DNA from: the human T2T-CHM13v2.0 reference genome, Homo sapiens
DNA length: 64,000 nucleotides
Strand: one strand, 5' to 3'
Assembly: GCF_009914755.1 (NCBI RefSeq)
Contig: NC_060932.1
Shown here one piece after another: positions 55,140 to 64,000 of this stretch (positions are counted from its first letter, which is position 1; each line of letters opens with the position of its first letter). The translations under genes and the position numbers were made by a program. The notes beneath the pieces are model-generated. The model was not told where the DNA came from, did no database searches, and saw only the letters and a program-made list of their open reading frames with translations.

Positions 55140-57400
55140 CTCATTCATTTATTCATTCAACAGATATCTAAGAGCCTATAGATATTTGGGATGTGGATCT
55201 GTTTGCTGCTTTTGTGGAGTTTACTGTTGGTTAAAGCAATAATGACACAATTAAATACATTAGATGCAAGTGGCAGTATGCAAATGGCTATGAAAAAAAT
55301 GTAAAGGGTTTGATGAGAGCTTAGGCTAGTGGGCCTGATTTAGATGGTGCATCAGGCAAAGTCTCTTCAAAAAAGTGACATTTAGGCTGACTCCTGAGGG
55401 ATGAGTATCATTTTACAAGAAATATGGGAGAAAGAATGTCCCAGACAGAAAAAACATGGTCCCAGATGGCTCTCACATGTCTGGCTTACCAGTTGTCCAC
55501 TAGGATTGCAAGGGCCACTGAGCCGTATTTCTCACATTGTGCAATAATCTGGTCTGGGCTTACTCACATAGTGGGTGTGGCCGTCAGCAAGAGAGGACAA
55601 ACTCCAATGTGCAAGCACTTTTCAAGTCTCTACTTGCATGACATTATCTATTTCTCATTGGCCCTAGCAAGTCAAATAGCCAAGTCCAGAGTCAATGTGA
55701 GAGAATGCTACCTAAGGGCATGGATGCTGGCAAGTGAGGACAAATTGGGCGCCAATCGCTGCAGGAAAATACCATACAAGACAAGAAGGGAGGTGCTTAG
55801 CCCACCCTGGAGAGGACGGTTTGGTCTTCCCAGAGTTAAGCAGAGTCATCCAAGTGTAACACTGAAGAATGGTTAGGAATTAGTCCCATAGGATAGGAGG
55901 CCTAATGGATAGGGGTTGTTCCTATCTCCTGTGGATAGGAGAGGAAGGAAAATATTCCCAGGATGAGCATGCTCAGAATGTTGGAAGTGAAGTCAGAAAC
56001 CCATGTAAGGGAATTAAAGATGTTTGGTATTATTTGGTAGTAGAGTTAAAGTCAGAAGTGATTGGGAATAAAACTGGAAAAATAAAAAGGAACCAGGTTA
56101 TAAAGAGCCTTGTAAGTCATGTAAAGAAGTTTGAGCTGTATACCGTAAGTAACATTATCAAATTTATATTCTAGAACAGTAGTCCCCAACCTTTTTGACA
56201 CCAGGGACCAGTTTTGTGGAAGACATTTTTTCCTATGGACCAGGGTGGGGGAAGGAGGGGTTGAGGGGGAATGGTTTGGGGATGAAACTGTTCCACCTCA
56301 GATCATCAGTCATTAGATTTTCATAAGGAGTGCACAACCTAGATCTCTGGCATGCACAGTTCACAATAGGGCCCGTGCTCTTATGAGAATCTAATGCCAC
56401 TGCTGATCTGACAGGAGGCAGAGCTCAGACGGTAATGCTTACTTTTACACCACTCACCTCCTGCTGTGCAGCCCAGTCCCTAACAGGCCACGGACTGGTA
56501 CCAGGGGTTAGGGACCCCTGTTCTAGAAGGATCTCCACTGTTTCAATGTAAGAGGTGGGGACACCTATTAGGAAGTGTCCCAATGCAGTAGAAAGATAAT
56601 AATGGCCTCACCCGGAATAGTAGCTGTAAAGATGGGGAGAAGTGTTCCTGTTTTAGATATAATCAGAAGTAAAATCAATAGGACCTGATGGAATCACATA
56701 TGTGGAAAAGTGGAAGCAAAAGATTGATTCAGATTTCTGCTTGGGAAAACTGAAAAATGGCAGTGGCATTTATTGCTAAAGGTAGCATGGGAAACCTTTA
56801 GCATATATAGTAGAATATATGGGTGGGAGATGAGTATCATTTTGGATATTTTGAATTGGAATTTCTCATGAGACAACCAATTATTTTGGAAAAAACTTAG
56901 GCATATAAGTTTGAATCTTAGCAGAGAAACAAAAGCAGGGTTATGTGAATTGTCAACATACAGCTGGCAACTACAGCCATGAGAGAAGATTAGTTCAACC
57001 AAGGTGAGTGTCTACACACAGAAGAGGGCCAAATACAGAGCCTGAAAACATAGCAGTCTTTGAGGTATAAGTTGAGTAAAATGGGCCCGCCAATGATACC
57101 GTGCCTTTACCAAAAAGGTGGTAAGAATCCAGAGGTGGCATATAACACAGGTGGCAGAGGAAAAGAACATTTCCAAAGGAAGGTGTGGGCAGCAGCATCT
57201 GATAGGGCTAATTAGTCCCATAAGGTTAAGACTCAAAGGAAAACCCCTGGGCTACAGACCTTGGGAAGACCAGCGAGGGTTGACATTTAGGGGTACCGGC
57301 AGATTGGAGTGGCTACAGAAGGACCGAGAACTGGGAAAATACAGAAAGCAAGTTAGAGAACTATTTTAACAACTTTGATGATGAAGGGGAAAAGAGAGAT
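55140..57400 (-). mobile_element. Fragmented L2 with MLT1-like (~55440-55790) and MER1B insertions
   Basis: cattcatttattcattcaacagatat L2 3' end; purine-rich L2 body continues past the MER1B. Confidence 0.6.
56177..56520. mobile_element. MER1B hAT-Charlie element, complete
   Basis: cagtagtccccaacc...ggggttagggacccctg; perfect 8-bp TSD ttctagaa at 56169-56176 and 56521-56528 (NTCTAGAN Charlie target). Confidence 0.96.
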
Positions 57401-57428
57401 GCAGAACAAGTAGAAAAAGGAGTATTAA

Positions 57429-57735
<307 letters not shown>

Positions 57736-58984
57736 CCAGCTTCTTTAACCTTGCAGTGTGAACTTGGAGAGAATGATGAATTGCCCAAGGAGACCCACCA
57801 TCCCAGAAAAGAAAACAACCCTCTCCCTCCACTCCCAACACATCTCACCCCCCCATTATCCCTCCTGTTTTTATCACTGGAAGGCAGCCCTACAGAAACC
57901 ACACAGCAGCATTAAAGGACAGGACAGGAACATTTTGTTGTAAACAGGGTACAGATGCCAAAATGTGCTAAACCCATTTGTATATAATGAATGAAGACCA
58001 GGAACAGTCGTCATTATGGCCTCTGAACACAGAAAGCAAAGAAAAGGAAGGAAGAAAGAAAAGGCTCTTCCCAATATGCGTTTGTGTGGTTTGATTGTAA
58101 TGGTTGTTTCTCATTCCGGTTGTTTATGAATAATAGTGACCTTTGTTTCCTTAAAGATGAGCTGAACAAAATGATGCATCTTGAAATGATCATTCATTCT
58201 GCAGGAAGGGAACATAAGTGAAACCTAAAAGCCTGTTCGGCTGCCTTTCTTCCAATCTCCCTTTGTATTTACAGTATTTGCCAAAACATATTTAATCCTA
58301 CAAAGCCCCAAGATGTATATTTTTTGGCTCATGTATAGACAGCCTTATTCTATTGGAAAAAGATGCTGTATGTCTTCCATTTCCAAAGCAAGCTTCGCAG
58401 AATGGTCTGGATGGGGAAGAGCTGGAGAAAAACCACAGAGGAAGGTCTATAGATCTGTACCAGATGGTCAGTCACATAGTGCGTGCGTGTCCTGGGAGAG
58501 GGTCACGAGAAGCTGAAAGAAATCCTGAAAAGTGGCAGTGGGCTATATTCGCATGATGGCCATGGGACCTGCTGGAGGAGATCAAGGCTCCAGGAGGGAC
58601 TCTGTCCTGAGGAGTGATCCAGATCACAGAGATGGTGGTCCCTGCCTTGGGAAGGCCTCTGTACACCTCACATAGACCTGCCAACAACCCAGAGGTTCAG
58701 ATTCCTTAGGCTGATTAACGCTGTTCAGATTCATCCAAAACAACAAGCAGACATTGTCATGGCTACAATCTCCAAATCCTACCCTGCAGAAAATCACTTT
58801 AAGGTCTCTCCAAAAGGCTACTGCAGAGCAGGGCTCTTCTCAAGCCCTAACTGAGTCGCTCTAGAGTTTCATTTTTCTTCATTTTCTATTTTATTATTTT
58901 TAATCCAAGGTTGCAACTGCTTGGAGATGGGGGAGTCCACTGTCAATGTGCCAAAGTGACCTCGGGATGTAGACTCTACCCTTC

Positions 58985-59210
58985 CTTCTCTCAGCCTCAT
59001 GTACAGATCTGTGTGCCCCCACTTCCCTTCTGTGTGACCTTGACCTTGAGAAACAAGGAGAGGGAACTCTTTGTCTCAAATTCCTCATCTGTAAAATAGG
59101 GAAATAATGCTTACAGGATCGTGGTCCAGTTTAAGTGAGTTCATGTACCTAAGCCCTTAACACAGTAACTACTGACCCACAAAGTGTTCAATAATATTAG
59201 CAGCTATTAC
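58985..59210 (+). mobile_element. MIR
   Basis: ctgtgtgaccttg...ttcctcatctgtaaaataggg...ttaacacagt...tgttcaataa. Confidence 0.7.
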
Positions 59211-60213
59211 CCTTTTGGGTTTTTTTTAATGTTGCTGTTTTTGCTATTTTCCTCAGATGGTCTTCAGGCCCCTTGAAAGCAGAGATCTTATTTTGTTCTT
59301 ATCCATCTCCACAGTGGCAAGCATGGTATCTTGTAAATTCACGTGCAATAAAAGCTTGTACAAAAGAAGAGGAGGAGGATAAGGGGACAAAGAAGAAGGA
59401 AGGGGAAATAAATGAGAGAAGAGAGAGGATGGGCAATAAAATCAGCTCCCATGTGCAACTGGGATAGCAGTAGAGAGAGAAAACCCATCTTGACCCACCG
59501 AGGCAAAATACAATCAATAAAACTGATATGACAAAGTCACCTATGAAAGGGAAGCACACAAGAGGTAGAAATGTTCAGCTTAGCTCTGCCTCTCACCAAC
59601 TGTGAAACCTTGGACAAATCCCTTATCCTCTTTAAGCTTCAGTTTCCGTATCTCTAAATAAAGAAGGCTGAGAGGCATGATTGCTAAGCTTCTTCTCGCA
59701 AGCAGCATAAATATCTCTACTTTAATGTTAATGTAGCCTTCATGGAGTGGACCATTAGCCTAGCAGAGAGTTAACTCAAGGATGAGCGGGATAGGAAAAA
59801 TGATGGTGGGCAGGTGCACAGGCTAAACACAGGGAATCAGAGTAGAGTCAACCCAACTCTAAGAAAACAGCAAACTGGTTTATGCTGAACACAGATGATG
59901 TTCCAGGAACTGGGCAAGATTTGTTTATGTGTATTCTTTAGATCATTGAGTTGAAAAGCCCGCCTGAAAGAGGAGGGCAGCAGAACTCAGACAATTTTTC
60001 AAAGCCAGTAACTCAGATGGGAAAGAAAGAGAAAAGAAAGAATCCAAATTCGAACATGACTGACAGCTTGGAGATATAAGTGAAAAAGAAGGGGCTGCTA
60101 CAGGTATCCTATTATGGAATCATAGCACAAGAGAGTATCTTCAGGTTATCATCAGGAAGGGGACTGTTGGTGGGGCCTTATAAACTGAATTGTGGAGCTG
60201 GAACCCTTAGTAG

Positions 60214-60601
<388 letters not shown>

Positions 60602-60815
60602 TGATTACTGAAGTCATGTTTTCTTCCAAGAAGAATCCAATTACAATTCAAGCTAAGCCTTCACACTTGATTTTTGCATCTCCCTGCCTCTTCCAACCCC
60701 TACCAGGGGCCAAAGACACCCTCTAAAATATACACACATCCACCTCTCTGGCTTTTTTTTTTTTTTTTTGCCAGTCCTGATCTCCCATCCTTTGCCTTAA
60801 AACTGTGTACTAAGG

Positions 60816-61145
60816 CAGCAGTCCCCAACGTTTTTGGCACCAGGGACCAGTTTTGTGGAAGAAAATTTTTCTGCGGACTTTGTGGGGGCAGTGGTTCAGG
60901 ATGAAACTGTTCCATCTCAGATCATCAGGTATTAGATTCTTGTAAGGAGCACGCAACCTAAATCCCTCACATGCACAGTTCACAATAGGGTTCGCACCCC
61001 TGCGAGAATATAATGGCACCGCTGATCTGACAGGAGGCAGAACTTAGGCAGTAATGCTCACCCACGACTCACCTCCTGCTGTGCAGTCCGATTCCTAACA
61101 GGCCATGGACCAGTACTGGTCCAAGGCCTGGAGGTTGGGGACCCC
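60816..61145. mobile_element. MER1B, right terminus clipped at the Tigger1 junction
   Basis: cagcagtccccaacgtttttggcaccagggacc...ggttggggacccc. Confidence 0.93.
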
Positions 61146-61269
61146 ATATCTCTGAGATATTGCAGATTTGGTTCCAGACCACTGCAATAAAGTAGATATC
61201 ACAATAAAGCGAGTCACATGAACTTTTTTGTTTTCCAATGCATGTAAAAGTTAATTAAGAAAATTTGGT

Positions 61270-62158
61270 GGACACGTACCATGTTTAAAAACTACCATTC
61301 AACCCAGCAATCCCATTACTGGGTAAGTACCCAAGAGAAAACAAATCATTCTACCAAAAGATACATGCACTCACATGTTCATTGCTGCACTGTTCACAAT
61401 AGCAAAGACACGGATTCAACCTAGGTGCCCATCAACAGTAGGTTAGATAAAGAAAATATGGTACATATTCACCGTGGAATACCACAAAGCCATAAAAACG
61501 AATAAAATCTGAAGTGGGCAGATTGCTTGAGCCCAGGAGTTTGAGACCAGCCTGGGTAACATGGCAAAACCCCATCTCTACCAAAAAAATAATAACATGA
61601 AAATTAGCTGGGCATGGTGGCACACACCTGTAGTCCTAGATACTTGGGAGGATTGGTTAAGCCTGGGAGGTGGAGGTTGCTGTGAGCTGAGATTGCACCA
61701 CTGCACCCTAGCCTGGGTGACAGAATGAGACCCTGTCTCAAAAAGAAAAAAATAAAATGAAATCATATCCTTTACAGCAACATGGATCCAACTGAATCCC
61801 ATTGTTTTGAGTGAATTAACACAGGAATAGAGAACCAAATACTGCCTCACCTCACTTATAAATAGAACCTAAATATTGTATATTCATGGACATAAAGATG
61901 GCAACAAGAGACACTGGAGACTACTTGGGGGGAAGGAGACAGGGAGGGAAATAAGGGTCAAAAAACTGTTGGGCACGATGTTCACTACCTGGGTGGCAGG
62001 ATCATTTATACCCCAAACCTCAGCATCATGTAATATACTCAGGTATTCATAGTTAAGATAAGGGGGGAAATATATATATGCATACATACACACACACACA
62101 CACACCCAAGTAACAAACCTGCACATGTACCCCCTGGATCTAAAAATAAAAATTGAAA
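61270..62158 (+). mobile_element. Old L1PA (PA15-17-like) 3' fragment
   Basis: actaccattcaacccagcaatcccattactgggta...gtaacaaacctgcacatgtaccccct; 17-bp TSD aattaagaaaatttggt at 61253-61269 and 62159-62175. Confidence 0.9.
61510..61755 (+). mobile_element. Alu, AluJ-like, 5'-truncated, inside the L1
   Basis: gtgggcagattgcttgagcccaggagtttgagacc...gaccctgtctcaaaaag; flanked by aat(a/g)aaatc. Confidence 0.92.
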
Positions 62159-62175
62159 AATTAAGAAAATTTGGT

Positions 62176-62530
62176 TTAAATATACCATAGACTACTACTC
62201 AGCCATGAAAAGGAATGAAATAATGTCTTTTGCAGCAACTTGGATGGAATTGGAGACCATTATTCTAAGTGAAGTAACTCAAGAATAGAAAACCAAATAT
62301 CACATGGTCTCATAAGCGAGAGCTGGCTATGGGCACAAAAAGGCATACAGTGGTATAGTGGACACTGGAGATGCAGAAGAAAGGAAGGAGGGAGGGGGTG
62401 AGGGATGAAAAATTATCCATTGGATACCATGTGGACTATTCAGATGATGGGTAAAATGAAAGCCCAGACTTCACCACTATAGAATTTATCCATGTAACCA
62501 GAAACCACTTGTACCCCTAAGAATTCTATT
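62176..62530 (+). mobile_element. L1PB/L1MA-like 3' fragment (host of the inner L1)
   Basis: actactactcagccat...tgcagcaacttggatggaa...aagcccagacttcaccacta...accacttgtacccc. Confidence 0.88.
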
Positions 62531-63474
62531 AAGTATTCAATAGAATTATGTCAAAAAAAAAATACAGATCTTAATTGTAAAATACTTTATTGCTTAAAAA
62601 ATGCTAATGATCATCTGAGCCTTCAGTGAGTCATAATCTTTCTGTTGGTTATTGCCTCAATGCTGATGGCTCCTGACTGATCAGGGTGCTGGTTGCTGAA
62701 GGCTGGGGTAGTTGTGGCAATTTCAATAAGACAACGATGAAGTTTGCCACATTGATTGACTCTTCCTTTCATGAAAAATTTCTCTGTAGCATGCAATGCT
62801 GTTTGATAATATTTTACCCACATTAGATCTTTCAAAATTGGAGTCAATCCTCTCAAACTCTGCCACTGTCTTATCAATAAAGTTTATGGAATATTCTAAA
62901 TCCTTTGTTGTCATTTCAACAATGTTTACATCATCTTCACCAAGAGTAGTTTCTATCTCAGGAAACCACTTTCTTTGCTCATCCATAAGAACTAACTCCT
63001 CATTCGTGCAAGTTTTATCATAAGGTTGTAGCAAACCGTCACTTCTTCAGGCTCCACTTCTAATTCTAGTTTTCTCAATAATTCTACCATGTCTGCAGTT
63101 ACTTTCTCCAGTAAAGTTTTCAGCCCCTCAAAGTCATCCATGAGAGTTGGAATCAACTTCTTCCAAACTCACTAACATTGATATTTTTGATCACCTCCCA
63201 TGAATCATGAATGTTCTTAGCAGCATCTAGACTGGTGAATTCTTTTCAGAAGATTCTTAATGGACTTTGCCCAGATCCAAAAGAGGATTCACTATCTATG
63301 GCAACTATAGCCTTATGAAATGCATTTCTTAAATAGTAAGACTTGAAAGTCAATTACTCCTTAATCTGTGGGCTGCAGAATCAATGTTTTGCTGGAGAGC
63401 ATGAAAACAACATTAATCTTTACATATATCTTCATCAGAGCTCTTGGATGACCAGGTGCATTGTCAAGGAGTAA

Positions 63475-63773
<299 letters not shown>

Positions 63774-64000
63774 AGGAATCACTTTTTTTTTTTTCTATGC
63801 AATGGGTCTCAACAGCAGGTTTAAAATATACATCAAACTATGATGTAAACAGATGTGTTTTTATCCAGGCTTTGTTGTTCCATTTATAAAGGACAGGCAG
63901 AGTAGATTTAGACTAATTCTTAAGGGCCCTGGAATTTTTGGAATGGTAAATGAGTATTGGTTTTAACTTAAAGTCACTAGATGCCTTAGCCCCTGACAAG

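Noticed and set aside
53349-55876. 147-aa (53349-53792) and 150-aa (55424-55876) ORFs
   Set aside because: They overlap decayed L2 and MLT1-like sequence and have no family resemblance
55880-55942. Three ggatagg copies and a cctatc/gatagg mini-hairpin
   Set aside because: Too short (6-bp stem) to distinguish from chance or local slippage
62723-63034. TIGD1-like protein-coding gene
   Set aside because: Only a short open fragment of a Tigger1 fossil, with frameshifts, stops and Alu/L1 interruptions; not a domesticated gene

Overview
Primate (very probably human) non-coding genomic DNA: CpG-depleted and densely covered by interspersed repeats. These include 12 Alu copies, many solo MaLR/ERVL LTRs (MST, MLT1, MLT2, LTR16/33/41-like), L1 and L2 fragments, MIRs, hAT-Charlie DNA transposons (MER1A, MER1B x2, MER5, MER20, MER58) and a Tigger1 fossil at the right end. 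I found no credible host protein-coding exon, RNA gene or CpG island. The only ORFs with recognisable protein similarity are decayed L1 ORF2p and Tigger1 transposase pieces; the rest are repeat or low-complexity artefacts. I cannot identify the locus and I do not see evidence for a new biological system. The structure least explained by ordinary repeat annotation is a 118-bp, ~89% identical, ungapped inverted duplication (47527-47644 / 48282-48399) around a 637-bp spacer. Next come a 5'-inverted (twin-primed) L1, an internally deleted L1, a four-level nested transposon stack and several small local duplications. Repeat subfamily names come from recalled consensus sequences and need RepeatMasker/Dfam confirmation; boundaries of old repeats are approximate.
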